Origin: Nitrosarchaeum sp.
GTDB taxonomy: Archaea; Thermoproteota; Nitrososphaeria; Nitrososphaerales; Nitrosopumilaceae
Assembly: GCA_965223865.1 (NCBI GenBank)
Contig: OZ245020.1
Coordinates: 1,344,001 to 1,408,000 of the forward strand
DNA: 64,000 nucleotides
Direction: 5' to 3'
Below are positions 48,843 to 59,101 of this stretch, piece after piece. Below the pieces are notes generated by a model. That model did not search any database, was not told the DNA's origin, and saw nothing but the letters and a program-made list of their open reading frames with translations. Made by a program: the position numbers and the translations under genes. Numbering within the stretch: the stretch's first letter is position 1; the number at the start of each line of letters is the position of its first letter.

Positions 48843-49865
48843 ATGTCGGATAATAATAATCAAAATCATAAAGATTTAAAAAAAACAGAATCAACTGAAC
48901 CAGCTCCTGAAGCTGTAGTGGAATCAACTGAACCAGCTCCTGAAGCTGTAGTGGAATCAACTGAACCAGCTCCTGAAGCTGTAGTGGAATCAACTGAACC
49001 AGCTCCTGAAGCTGTAGTGGAATCAACTGAACCAGCTCCTGAAGCTGTAGTGGAATCAACTGAACCAGCTCCTGAAGCTGTAGTGGAATCAACTGAACCA
49101 GCTCCTGAAGCTGTAGTGGAATCAACTGAACCAGCTCCTGAAGCTGTAGTGGAATCAACTGAACCAGCTCCTGAAGCTGTAGTGGAATCAACTGAACCAG
49201 CTCCTGAAGCTGTAGTGGAATCAACTGAACCAGCTCCTGAAGCTGTAGTGGAATCAACTGAACCAGCTCCTGAAGCTGTAGTGGAATCAACTGAACCAGC
49301 TCCTGAAGCTGTAGTGGAATCAACTGAACCAGCTCCTGAAGCTGTAGTGGAATCAACTGAACCAGCTCCTGAAGCTGTAGTGGAATCAGAAGCTGTTGTA
49401 GAAGAAAAGGAACCGATCATCATCACTGAAGAATCTTTTGAGAAAGATGAAGAACCGACATCTGATTATTTAGTGGCGGTTTCAGAATCTGAACACAGTT
49501 CTAGAATAAGCTTTGAAGAATTTACCGATGAAAAGTTGTTGGTAAGCCATGATGCTTTTGGAAATAAGCAGATGAAGATCAAAGTTCTCGAAGTATCTGA
49601 TGAGAATCCACCATCAAAATGGAAGTTCGGTGACCGTGTAAAAGTAAGTAAAATACTTGTTACAATAAAACATCTTACAACACAAGAAGTTGAAGAAGGA
49701 GAATTTGACATTGAGGCAATTGAGCGTGAATTGGCAGAAAAACGTCATTACACATCTACAAATCGGTGGATTCCTGCAAATGATATCAAAAACGGGTATG
49801 TTGTAGGGTCACGTCATACTACCTTGATCAGTGATGCTTCTGCCTTAGACTATATTGTCTTCTAG
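48843..49865 (+). CDS. hypothetical protein with acidic tandem-repeat N-terminal region and globular C-terminal domain
   Basis: (ESTEPAPEAVV)x15 followed by about 160 aa of non-repetitive sequence; no signal peptide. Confidence 0.8.
   Translation: MSDNNNQNHKDLKKTESTEPAPEAVVESTEPAPEAVVESTEPAPEAVVESTEPAPEAVVESTEPAPEAVVESTEPAPEAVVESTEPAPEAVVESTEPAPEAVVESTEPAPEAVVESTEPAPEAVVESTEPAPEAVVESTEPAPEAVVESTEPAPEAVVESTEPAPEAVVESTEPAPEAVVESEAVVEEKEPIIITEESFEKDEEPTSDYLVAVSESEHSSRISFEEFTDEKLLVSHDAFGNKQMKIKVLEVSDENPPSKWKFGDRVKVSKILVTIKHLTTQEVEEGEFDIEAIERELAEKRHYTSTNRWIPANDIKNGYVVGSRHTTLISDASALDYIVF
48888..49382 (+). repeat. perfect 33-bp tandem repeat, 15 copies
   Basis: unit GAATCAACTGAACCAGCTCCTGAAGCTGTAGTG; 495 bp = 15 units; no spacers. 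Confidence 0.95.
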
Positions 49866-49938
49866 TTGTTCAAGTCTAAACGCTTTGCATCACAATTGAA
49901 CTAAAAACATTTAAGCATTAGAATTTGAAAGCTGAGAT

Positions 49939-50265
49939 ATGAGTTCAAGACAAGTTGAAGTTAACGGTACAGACTATAGAATAGTATTGACTGAGCAAGT
50001 AATTGGTCATGTCAATAATCTAAAAAATCTATACAATGCTGCATATGAAGATCCAGAAAGTTTTGAAGATGTTAGTGCTGAAATATCAAGTACAATTAAT
50101 GAAATAGCAAGTACTGTAGAACCTGAGGCAGAAGACAGTGATCTTGATGGACTTATTCAAGAGATTATCAAAGCTGTAGATAATAAAGCAGCTGAAATAG
50201 AAAAAGAGCTAGAGGGAAAACCAGAAAAAACATCAAAAAAATCTAAATCAAAATCCAAAAAATAG
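49939..50265 (+). CDS. hypothetical acidic protein with basic tail
   Basis: 108-aa ATG ORF. Confidence 0.75.
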   Translation: MSSRQVEVNGTDYRIVLTEQVIGHVNNLKNLYNAAYEDPESFEDVSAEISSTINEIASTVEPEAEDSDLDGLIQEIIKAVDNKAAEIEKELEGKPEKTSKKSKSKSKK

Positions 50266-50333
50266 GGTCAATTGACCTTAAAATCAGGAAAATTTGAAGT
50301 ATTAGTTATATTGTAAAAAAATCCAGTAAGTAT

Positions 50334-50450
50334 ATGGCAGGAAGTTGTGAATGCGGTATTTGTGGTCACCATTCAGAAGAAGAATGTAGGAAAAAAGAAT
50401 GTAAATGCTGTTTAAATTTCCATATTCGATCAGGTCCCAAGACAAAATAA
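50334..50450 (+). CDS. 38-aa metallothionein-like microprotein (not in ORF track)
   Basis: MAGSCECGICGHHSEEECRKKECKCCLNFHIRSGPKTK: 7 Cys, 3 His; TTATA about 25 nt upstream. Confidence 0.7.
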   Translation: MAGSCECGICGHHSEEECRKKECKCCLNFHIRSGPKTK

Positions 50451-50482
50451 TCTAAATTTTCAAGCAAAATAATTTTTTGTTT

Positions 50483-50587
50483 CTATTTTTTAAAACAAGA
50501 GCATTTTTTAGCTAAATGCTTTGAGCAGCCAATTAATTTGTGATCTTGGCACCCACATAAAACACATTTTTTCTGTTTTTCAGTCAT
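50483..50587 (-). CDS. 34-aa Cys-rich microprotein (not in ORF track)
   Basis: MTEKQKKCVLCGCQDHKLIGCSKHLAKKCSCFKK: 6 Cys, 2 His; ATGA overlap with the upstream gene stop. Confidence 0.7.
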   Translation of the reverse strand: MTEKQKKCVLCGCQDHKLIGCSKHLAKKCSCFKK

Positions 50588-50958
50588 AAATCCTCTATCG
50601 CTTCCTGAATTCTATCCATCAATTTTTTGTCTTGAAGGGACTCTATTATCTTTAAGCGCAAGTTTTTGATTCTGCTGGTATCTTCTGAGTATAAAGGAGC
50701 CATGGTCTCAATCTCTTTTGCAAAATAATAAGAATCCATGTAATTTTCTAATTTTATTTTGATGTCTGACAAATTTTTTGATTGGTAATCTTCAGAGTCT
50801 AGTTTTCGAATAATCACATTAAAAAAACCAACAATTCTAAGTGATTCTTTTTTTATGATCTCCAAATCTCCTGGTTTGTCATTTAATTTTAGTAAGATGG
50901 AATAAGATTCGACGATTTTTTCAAAAATTCCTTTAAGATACTCGTTCCATGTAACCAT
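50584..50958 (-). CDS. hypothetical helical-bundle protein
   Basis: 124-aa ATG ORF. Confidence 0.7.
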   Translation of the reverse strand: MVTWNEYLKGIFEKIVESYSILLKLNDKPGDLEIIKKESLRIVGFFNVIIRKLDSEDYQSKNLSDIKIKLENYMDSYYFAKEIETMAPLYSEDTSRIKNLRLKIIESLQDKKLMDRIQEAIEDL

Positions 50959-51077
50959 AATTAATTCACTATTCTCAATTTCAATCTATAGTTTAGGGAT
51001 TAAAATATGACTTTTACCTAAATATCGATATTGAATCTAAACAATACGCTTAATTTTATATAATTTCAATTGATTGT

Positions 51078-51497
51078 ATGATAAACCCAGAGTTAATGAA
51101 ATTACTTGAATCTATTGATGTTTTAGAGATCTTGCGCGATTCTGTAACTTATCAAATACAGAAAATTCATAATGTTGAAAAAACTACCGAAGGCAGAGAC
51201 TGGTATCAAGAATTACCTCAGATAGTTAAAGAGAAGTTTAATAATTACAAAAAGGATTATGAACACCTGGCATTAATTTTAAAATCAGAACCAGAAAAGA
51301 TCACATCTGAGATGAACAAGGGATATTATTATTGGAGATTGATACGTTCTGCCTGTATCACATATAGAAATGATCTTACTGACTATGATCAACAGCTATT
51401 TCATGAATTTAATCTAAAAGAAACCGAAGCAATATCAGATAATGTTGTATTGAATAAATGCATCGGAGTTTTAGAACAACACGTAGTTGAAAATTAG
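51078..51497 (+). CDS. hypothetical protein
   Basis: 139-aa ATG ORF, TATA-like tract upstream. Confidence 0.7.
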   Translation: MINPELMKLLESIDVLEILRDSVTYQIQKIHNVEKTTEGRDWYQELPQIVKEKFNNYKKDYEHLALILKSEPEKITSEMNKGYYYWRLIRSACITYRNDLTDYDQQLFHEFNLKETEAISDNVVLNKCIGVLEQHVVEN

Positions 51498-51604
51498 AGG
51501 ATTTTCAAGAATAATTATCAATGTTAATTTGAATAAAGGGTTATTCCTTTAATCTCAGTTTTTCTTCTAACTTTAAATTATCATGATATGTCCCCTAATT
51601 CACT

Positions 51605-52942
51605 ATGCAAGGTGAGGCTTTTCTAAAATGTGTAAACCCTCAATGCGGATTAGAGTATCCTATTGAGAGTACAAATGTACAATGTGATAAAGGTCACCTT
51701 TTAGATGTAAAATACAAAAAAACTCCTTCTAGCAGCCTAAAAGAAGTTTTTTACAAAAGGAGAAATCCTCAAGGGAGTATATTTAATGAAAGTGGGGTTT
51801 GGAGGTTCAGAGAATTACTAAATTTTTGTCAGATTGATACTGAAAACTTGGAGGAATGCTCAAAATATCTGGTTTCTTTAGATGGTTCAGAAGGCAGACA
51901 ATCAAAACCATATCAAATGTCAAAAGCTGCAGATTTTATCGGAATTTCAAAGAATAATTTATGGTTGCAACCTGAGGGATACAACCCTAGTGGTTCATTC
52001 AAAGATAATGGAATGGCAACCGCTGTAACTCATGCAAAAATGGTAGGCGCAACAAAGATAGTTTGTGCATCAACAGGGAACACTTCTGCATCTGCAGGAA
52101 TGTTTGCTGCAAATGAAGGAATAAACTGTGATGTCTATATTCCATCTGGTCAAATTGCACCTGGAAAATTAAGTCAAGCATATCAATTTGGAGCTCAAAT
52201 TGTAGAAGTGGAGGGCAATTTTGATGATGCATTAAAACAATCATTAGAAGATGCAAAAAATCATAATGGATATACAGTAAATTCTATAAATCCATTTAGA
52301 ATAGAAGGTCAAAAAACAATTCCATTTAGAGCATTAGAATATTTGAAATGGGAAACACCAGATTGGATTGTTTATCCAGGAGGAGCTCTTGGTAACACCT
52401 CAAGTTGTGGAAAAGCTTTGATGGAACTTTATGAATGGGGATGGATAAAAAAAATCCCACGTATTGCAGTAATCAATGCAGAAGGAGCAAACACTCTATC
52501 TGATTTGTATAATGGAAAGTTTGAAGAAGAAGAACTTCGATGGAATAAAGGAAATCCTAACGTTGAGATAATTCAGAGATATTATGATCATTTAGATAAA
52601 GAGAATATTAGACCAAAAACAAAGGCAACTGCAATCCAAATTGGCAGACCAGCAAATATTCTCAAAGGACTACGTGCATTGGAATTCACAAACGGAGTAG
52701 TCACTACTGTTACTGATTCAGAAATGCTTGATGGTATGTCAGTAGTTGGATTAAACGGATTTGATTGTGAAATGGCATCAGGAGCATCTGTTGTAGGAAT
52801 AAAAAAATTAATGAATGAAGAAATTATAAAAAAAGACGATGTTGTAGTAGGAATTCTTACTGGCAGGCAAAAAGATGCTATGCTACCTGTAGATTATCAT
52901 AATAATCCACAAAATAGATTTGCAAATCCACCTAAAGTGTGA
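51605..52942 (+). CDS. thrC: threonine synthase
   Basis: N-terminal Zn-ribbon-like Cys, NPSGSFKD, CASTGNTSAS, NSINPFRIEGQKT, ATAIQIGRP. Confidence 0.92.
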   Translation: MQGEAFLKCVNPQCGLEYPIESTNVQCDKGHLLDVKYKKTPSSSLKEVFYKRRNPQGSIFNESGVWRFRELLNFCQIDTENLEECSKYLVSLDGSEGRQSKPYQMSKAADFIGISKNNLWLQPEGYNPSGSFKDNGMATAVTHAKMVGATKIVCASTGNTSASAGMFAANEGINCDVYIPSGQIAPGKLSQAYQFGAQIVEVEGNFDDALKQSLEDAKNHNGYTVNSINPFRIEGQKTIPFRALEYLKWETPDWIVYPGGALGNTSSCGKALMELYEWGWIKKIPRIAVINAEGANTLSDLYNGKFEEEELRWNKGNPNVEIIQRYYDHLDKENIRPKTKATAIQIGRPANILKGLRALEFTNGVVTTVTDSEMLDGMSVVGLNGFDCEMASGASVVGIKKLMNEEIIKKDDVVVGILTGRQKDAMLPVDYHNNPQNRFANPPKV

Positions 52943-53092
52943 CCACAAATCAAGGAAAAAGTTTAGCCTCAAAATTTTACATCTAAAACCTTAAAAGGTG
53001 AATTTGTGTTTTATTATCAACCAAGAGATGGTGTATAAAGCATAAATGAATGACCAGTGTTGTTATTCTGATTTAATTTTCTGGAGGATTCT

Positions 53093-54346
53093 ATGGTAGA
53101 ACTTTGGATTGAGATGGTAGTATTAACTATCTTAATAGGATTGTCTGGATTCTTTAGCGGTTTGGAAGTTGCTTTGGTTGGAACAAGAAATTCCAAAGTA
53201 AATCAATTAAAAAAACAAAAAGTCAAGGGTTCAGAGGCACTTTACAAGCTAAAGAACAATCCGGGATGGATGATGGCAAGTGTCAATCTTGGAAATAATC
53301 TTGTAAATGTTGGTTCTTCAGCTCTTGCAACAAGTGTTGCAATTAGAATTTTTGGTGATGAAGGATTAGGGATTGCAGTTGGTGTAATGACATTTTTAAT
53401 TCTAGTATTTGGTGAGATTACTCCAAAAACATATTGTAATGCCAATGCAACAAAGATTGCATTAAAATTTGCACCAGTATTGCTAGTGTTTAGCTATGCA
53501 TTTTGGCCAATTGTAAAACTTTTTGAAATAATAACTAGAGCGATGGTGAAACTAACTGGTAGTAGCTATCAGTCACCACCAATTACAGAAGAGGAGATAA
53601 AAGGAATTGTTGAACAAGGTTTAGCAGATAAAGCATTAGAAAAAGATGAAAGTGAACTTGTTCACAGTGCTTTGGAGTTTGATGACACAGTAATTCGTAC
53701 TGTCATGACTCCAAGAACAAAAATGTTTACACTTCCTGCAAAGATGTTTTTGTTTGAAGCACTTCCATTGATTAATCAAAATGCTCATTCAAGAATTCCA
53801 ATTTTTGGAGAGACCAGTGATGATATTGTCGGATTTGTTCATGTTAGAGATGTTCTAAAAGAGCTTGAACAAGACAATAAAATGAAAATATTGAAACAAA
53901 TTGCGCGAAAACCCGTTTTTGCCTCTCAGGAGAAAATGGTTAGTTCTTTGCTAAAAGAGATGAAGGGAAGAAAAACACACATGGCAATAGTAATTGATGA
54001 ATATGGTGGAGTTGAAGGATTAGTAACCTTAGAGGATCTCATTGAAGAGATAATCGGAGAAATTGAAGATGAAACAGATGTAACACCTCCAGTAGATCAT
54101 CACACTATTGATCAAGACACAATAATTACAAATGGAGATATTGAAATAGAAAGGGTAAATCAAATTTTTAAATCAGAACTGCCAGAAGGAGATGATTATA
54201 GTACACTAAATGGATTATTGCATGAAAGATTACAAGACATACCCCAAGCAGGAGACAAACTAGAGATTGAAGATCTTAGAATTGTGGTAGAAAAAGTTAC
54301 AAAAAATATTCCAGAAGAAATAAGAATAGAGAGAATTAAAAAATAA
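53093..54346 (+). CDS. CNNM/CBS/CorC-domain membrane protein (HlyC/CorC, Mg/Co transport related)
   Basis: SGFFSGLEVAL, GNNLVN, FGEITPK, VMTPR, HSRIPI, DEYGG..GLVTLEDLIEEIIGEIEDE. Confidence 0.92.
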   Translation: MVELWIEMVVLTILIGLSGFFSGLEVALVGTRNSKVNQLKKQKVKGSEALYKLKNNPGWMMASVNLGNNLVNVGSSALATSVAIRIFGDEGLGIAVGVMTFLILVFGEITPKTYCNANATKIALKFAPVLLVFSYAFWPIVKLFEIITRAMVKLTGSSYQSPPITEEEIKGIVEQGLADKALEKDESELVHSALEFDDTVIRTVMTPRTKMFTLPAKMFLFEALPLINQNAHSRIPIFGETSDDIVGFVHVRDVLKELEQDNKMKILKQIARKPVFASQEKMVSSLLKEMKGRKTHMAIVIDEYGGVEGLVTLEDLIEEIIGEIEDETDVTPPVDHHTIDQDTIITNGDIEIERVNQIFKSELPEGDDYSTLNGLLHERLQDIPQAGDKLEIEDLRIVVEKVTKNIPEEIRIERIKK

Positions 54347-54348
54347 GA

Positions 54349-55398
54349 TTATTTTTTGGCAAAATGCTCTTCGAGTTTTTGCTTTTTCTCATTCATATGA
54401 AATATAGATTCAGTATGAGAAAATGCATCTTGATAAGATTTTCCAAACAACATTGATTGCATTAACATATGATTTTCTGGAATCACAATACCTGTTTGAT
54501 CATCAGAATACATCATTTGTACAGTATCTCCAATAGATGTTGTCATGTTTGCATGGATGTGAATCATGTTAGTATCTGTAAAATTAAATCCCATATTGTC
54601 AGCATAATCTCTTACATCTTTTGTCCCTTTTGCAGTCCAAAGTGTAGCTACTCCAAATTCGTTTTTGAAAATTTCATGTATTTCAGAGGGTTTTGGAGCA
54701 ATATCTTTGAAGCGAATATCCATTATGTGTAAGTGCATTTGTCTCGTTGGTACCTTTACTGCCCTAACAAAAAGTGGTGCATCTTTTCCAAAATAGGTTT
54801 TGACATCTTCTCCATGATGAGGTTTTTCAGTCATCTCTATTGTATCTTGAAGTTTTTTATCAGTCTGTTCAATGTCTGCCCATCTCCTAATCAAAGTAAC
54901 ATCAAATCTGAGTAATTTATCGCCAAACTTGTCACGGAGTGGTTCTAAAATTCTGCCCATGCCAGTAACATTACAGCTTCCCTGCATAACGTGTTTTTTG
55001 CCAATTGCCAAATCGTAGTTTGCTCTTGAATTGAACAACAAATCAGATACCATCTCATCACCCATAGTAGTTTCACCGCCTTGGTAAATTGCCATCAAAC
55101 CTTTTGGCTCATAGAGGTTTTTCTTGTTCTTATATCCATGTCCTCCAGGAGCTGCATCAATAACTAAATCACAATCATCTAAAACAGATTCGATTGTCCC
55201 TGAAATTTTATAATCTTTAAAATCATCTACCTTTCTTTCAGGGACATAGACATTTAGGCCTCTCGATATTGCGACATTTACTTTTTCATCGGGAGAATAT
55301 TTTCCTACTCCTAAAATCGAGATTTCAGGGTCATCTTTTAAAAATGAAGTAATTCTGCTTCCAATAGATCCGTATCCATTGACAAAAACTTTTTTCAT
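54349..55398 (-). CDS. gap: archaeal type II glyceraldehyde-3-phosphate dehydrogenase
   Basis: VNGYGSIG, YQGGE, SCNVTG, RRWAD, HHGEDV, IVIPEN. Confidence 0.9.
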   Translation of the reverse strand: MKKVFVNGYGSIGSRITSFLKDDPEISILGVGKYSPDEKVNVAISRGLNVYVPERKVDDFKDYKISGTIESVLDDCDLVIDAAPGGHGYKNKKNLYEPKGLMAIYQGGETTMGDEMVSDLLFNSRANYDLAIGKKHVMQGSCNVTGMGRILEPLRDKFGDKLLRFDVTLIRRWADIEQTDKKLQDTIEMTEKPHHGEDVKTYFGKDAPLFVRAVKVPTRQMHLHIMDIRFKDIAPKPSEIHEIFKNEFGVATLWTAKGTKDVRDYADNMGFNFTDTNMIHIHANMTTSIGDTVQMMYSDDQTGIVIPENHMLMQSMLFGKSYQDAFSHTESIFHMNEKKQKLEEHFAKK

Positions 55399-55565
55399 GT
55401 TTTTCTAAAATTGTCCTCATTTATTTATATTAATATACAAAAAAACCACTAAAATAAATTTAGTATTAAATCTAAATTTTCAAAAAATGTTTGAACCTAT
55501 CTTTTATCCTAAAAAATTTTCCCATTAGACATCGTAAAGGACTAAATGAGACTAAAAATTTTAAA

Positions 55566-56276
55566 ATGACGTTGATTCATGGGCCATCCTTAGGAATTGG
55601 AGCTGGAATAACTGCAGTGGTTCTAATAGCTACATTTTTTGCATTTGATATATTCTCTGAACAAAAAGAACTGGTCATAGAACCCACACCAACAATTCAA
55701 GAAGAAGGTCCCGCCAAAATAACGATGGTTACTTTTCTTGAAAATGGCTCTCCAGTATTAGGAAATCCTGATGCACCCATAACACTAGTAGAATTTGGAG
55801 ACTATCAATGTCATTTTTGTAACGTATTTTTTCATAATACTGAAGAGAGTATTTTAAAAAATTTTGTTGAAACTGGAAAAGTAAAGATGATTTTCAAAGA
55901 CTATACCATCATAGGTCCAGATTCAGTAAATGCTGCTCATGGTGCACATTGTGCAAATGACCAAGGATTATTTTGGGAATACCATGATATTTTGTATAAT
56001 AATTGGAATGGTGAAAATAATGGATGGGCCTCATCAGATAATCTTTTCAAATTTGCCCAAGAAATCAATTTAGACATGGATAAATGGTCTGACTGTATGT
56101 TGAATGCTGAGCACTCTGAAATAATCCTAGCAAGTAATAATGATGCAAAAGATTTGGGTTTAACTGGAACTCCATCATTTTTTGTGATCGCACCTGATAA
56201 CAAGATAACAAAACTTCATGGGGCTCAGCCATACTCACAATTTGAAAATATTTTTAATTCCTTACTAGAAAATTAG
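55566..56276 (+). CDS. membrane-anchored DsbA-like thioredoxin-fold protein
   Basis: GNPDAPITLVEFGDYQCHFC, GTPSF, GAQPY; ATG 55566 likely start. Confidence 0.88.
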   Translation: MTLIHGPSLGIGAGITAVVLIATFFAFDIFSEQKELVIEPTPTIQEEGPAKITMVTFLENGSPVLGNPDAPITLVEFGDYQCHFCNVFFHNTEESILKNFVETGKVKMIFKDYTIIGPDSVNAAHGAHCANDQGLFWEYHDILYNNWNGENNGWASSDNLFKFAQEINLDMDKWSDCMLNAEHSEIILASNNDAKDLGLTGTPSFFVIAPDNKITKLHGAQPYSQFENIFNSLLEN

Positions 56277-56389
56277 AAAAATTATAGATATTGGTACGAG
56301 AATCATTTAAAAAAACTGAAAAAGCTGCCTTAAAAGTAAGATAGAATTAGCTCAATATCCTTTTATGTGAATAGAAGGAGGCAAGCTTT

Positions 56390-57784
56390 ATGGCAGCTGG
56401 GATAGATGACATTTCAATTTACATTCCTAGATTATACGTTGATGCATCAGATTTTGCAGAAGCAAGAGGATTAAACCCTGAAAAACTTCAGAAAGGTCTT
56501 GGAGTAGCACAGATGGCAATTGTAGATACAAACCAAGATCCTGCATGTCTTGCTGCAAATGCATGCTTGAAAATCATGCAGAAAAACAAACTTTCTCCTG
56601 AAGATATTGGACGATTGTATGTATCAACTGAATCATCATTTGACGAATCAAAAGCAATGAACTCCTATGTGGTAGGAATGTTAGAGCAAGTTTATGGTCA
56701 AGGAGCGTTCGAGCACTGCGGTGGAGTTGAGACAAAATTTGCGTGTGTTAGTGGCTCTTATGCATTATATGATAATACTAATTGGATTAGAGCAGGAGAA
56801 GCAGAGGGAAAGTATGCACTGGTTGTAGTATCAGATATTGCAAAATATGACATGGGCTCTAGTGGCGAGATGACACAAGGAGCAGGTGCGGTAGTAATGT
56901 TGCTAAATGACAAGCCAAGATTGTTGGCTTTTGACCCCAAAGTCACCTCGACTTCAATTAAAGACGAATATGATTTTTACCGACCATTTGGAAAAGAGAC
57001 TCCAATTGTCCATGGTCAATATTCTAATTTGTTGTATATGATTCAGGTAAGAAAGGCAGTGGAGGCCTACAAGAAAAAGGTCATTAACACGGGATTGGTA
57101 AAACTAGAACCAGGAGAGACAATTGTAGACCATCTTGATTACATTAACATGCATTTGCCATACAGTAACATGGGTAAAAAAGCACTTGCGTATCTTGTGA
57201 GACATGAATGGCGACAACTTCCAAGATGGAAAAAAATTATTCAAAGCATAGGAATGGAAGAACCAGTTCCAAAAGATCCTCGTGGTACTATAGAATCTGT
57301 TTTAGGGGACCAAGAGTTTATGGCAAAAGATCACGAGTTTACAAAATTATTTACTAAAACTCAAGAATTCCAAGAAGTGTATGAATCAAAACTTGCAAGC
57401 TCACTAATTGCATCAAAGATGATTGGTAACTTGTACACTGCTTCACTCTACCTAGGATTTAGAAGTAGTTTAGAATTTGAATATCAAAAAGGAATAGAAT
57501 TAGAAGGTAAGAGAATCGGATTTGGTTCGTATGGTAGTGGTAGTAGTGCAATGGTCTTTAGCGGGGTAATTCAACCAGAATATGAAGAGATTGTCAAAAA
57601 CATGAATCTTGAATCAGAGATTGGAGAAAGAAGAAAACTAACCTTAGATGAATATGAAGAACTACATGAAAATAAATTATCCCCTGAGGAATCCATGTTA
57701 CATTCAAAGCATGAGTTTGTCCTAGTAGATGTAAAAACTGATGCCGAATCAAGAGGAGAAAGGCGTTACGTGTTTAACGAATAA
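56390..57784 (+). CDS. hydroxymethylglutaryl-CoA synthase
   Basis: TES, ETKFACVSG (catalytic Cys), SDIAKY..GEMTQGAGAV, DFYRP, HLPY, GNLYTASLY, SYGSG. Confidence 0.93.
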   Translation: MAAGIDDISIYIPRLYVDASDFAEARGLNPEKLQKGLGVAQMAIVDTNQDPACLAANACLKIMQKNKLSPEDIGRLYVSTESSFDESKAMNSYVVGMLEQVYGQGAFEHCGGVETKFACVSGSYALYDNTNWIRAGEAEGKYALVVVSDIAKYDMGSSGEMTQGAGAVVMLLNDKPRLLAFDPKVTSTSIKDEYDFYRPFGKETPIVHGQYSNLLYMIQVRKAVEAYKKKVINTGLVKLEPGETIVDHLDYINMHLPYSNMGKKALAYLVRHEWRQLPRWKKIIQSIGMEEPVPKDPRGTIESVLGDQEFMAKDHEFTKLFTKTQEFQEVYESKLASSLIASKMIGNLYTASLYLGFRSSLEFEYQKGIELEGKRIGFGSYGSGSSAMVFSGVIQPEYEEIVKNMNLESEIGERRKLTLDEYEELHENKLSPEESMLHSKHEFVLVDVKTDAESRGERRYVFNE

Positions 57785-58335
57785 TGCAAGAAGAGCAAAA
57801 TCCTGTAAAGGAATACTTGTTTGATTATTTGTCAAAATCAGAAGAAAGAATTCAAAAATTAATCTCTGAAAATAAATTTTCTGAAATCATTAATGATGTA
57901 ATAACAAATTGTTACGATAAGACAATCACACTAGGAGAAAAAGACGACAGTTTAGGCATTTTAGCCACAGGATTACTTCATTTTCTACTTACTAATGCAC
58001 TTTTGACTAGTCAAAGAAAGATAGAGTACAATGGCATAGACGTTGACATTGTTATTCCAGACTTGAAAACATTAGAAAAAGACCCCAAAAAAACATTAAT
58101 CATCTACATACCAAAAACAAGTAACAAAAATACCATTGAGCAAAAAATAAATGAATTAGAAAAAATTCAGTCTGAAAAACAAAACATTTGGTTAGTATTG
58201 TCTCAAGATCTTGGTTTTAAAAATAAATTTTTTATAATTGATAAAAAAAACAATACGTTTTCAAAAATTATTTTTGAAATTGCTCAATTTGTAAATGTTC
58301 AAGGTCAAAACAAATTCAAAATTTTAAGAGTTTAA
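57784..58335 (+). CDS. hypothetical protein
   Basis: 183-aa ORF coupled to HMG-CoA synthase by a TAATG overlap. Confidence 0.7.
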   Translation: MQEEQNPVKEYLFDYLSKSEERIQKLISENKFSEIINDVITNCYDKTITLGEKDDSLGILATGLLHFLLTNALLTSQRKIEYNGIDVDIVIPDLKTLEKDPKKTLIIYIPKTSNKNTIEQKINELEKIQSEKQNIWLVLSQDLGFKNKFFIIDKKNNTFSKIIFEIAQFVNVQGQNKFKILRV

Positions 58336-58345
58336 AATGTTACAA

Positions 58346-59029
58346 TTAATCAAAGAGTGATTTCCAATCTAAATTTTTCTTAAATATTTTGTATAAGGAT
58401 GCATCACTTAGATCATTGATGAATGGGATAGAGCCTAAAACTTTGAGTCCCGTAAGATTTTTCAAATCACGTTTTAGTTCATCGATAGGATATCCTTGAT
58501 CAAAATTGTTGATAATAATTCCTTTAATCGGAATTTTATATTTCTCGCACATTTTACAAGTCATAATGGTATGATTAATGGTGCCAATTTTGCTTCTCGT
58601 GACAAGAACTGTAGGAATTTTCATTTCTTTAATTAGATTAGTAAAATAATAGTCCTTTAAGATCGGAGTCATAACTCCACCCATCCCTTCAACTAGTAGT
58701 ATTTCATGTAATTTTGATAATTTTTTGAAACTATCTAGAACGGATTTTATTTTGGGTTTTGTTTTTAGATTCTTCCAAGCAGTATAAGGAGATGCAGGTA
58801 TTGGGAAAAATTGAGGGTTTACTAAATTTTCAGGATCTGATATCTGAGCAGCGTTTGATAGAATTTCAACGTCTTCAGATTTGAATCCTCTTTTTTGAGC
58901 TGTTCCAGCCGCAAAAGGCTTCATCACGCCTATATCGACTCCCATCTTATGCATTGTCACGGCTAGACCTGCAGTGATGTACGTTTTTCCAACATCAGTA
59001 TCAGTGCCAGCAATAAACAGAGATTTCAT
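58346..59029 (-). CDS. bioD: dethiobiotin synthase
   Basis: GTDTDVGKT, MKP, VEGMGG, GTINHT. Confidence 0.94.
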   Translation of the reverse strand: MKSLFIAGTDTDVGKTYITAGLAVTMHKMGVDIGVMKPFAAGTAQKRGFKSEDVEILSNAAQISDPENLVNPQFFPIPASPYTAWKNLKTKPKIKSVLDSFKKLSKLHEILLVEGMGGVMTPILKDYYFTNLIKEMKIPTVLVTRSKIGTINHTIMTCKMCEKYKIPIKGIIINNFDQGYPIDELKRDLKNLTGLKVLGSIPFINDLSDASLYKIFKKNLDWKSLFD

Positions 59030-59101
59030 GGAATTTCTTGAATTTGTTTTATTGATTAATTATTCGGTTGGTTATTAAGATCTAAAACTAAACAAAATTA
59101 G

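Noticed and set aside
48888-49382. CRISPR array
   Set aside because: Units are contiguous with no unique spacers, the length is a multiple of 3 inside an ORF, and no cas genes are present
48841-49426. Two long minus-strand repeat ORFs (QLIPLQLQELV and STTASGAGSVD)
   Set aside because: They are open only because the 33-bp unit lacks stops in those frames; only the plus frame continues into a unique domain
53021-53092. Fluoride (crcB) or other riboswitch upstream of the CNNM/CorC gene
   Set aside because: GAGATGGTGT resembles the 5' part, but I could not find the complementary stem or pseudoknot; an Infernal/Rfam scan would settle it
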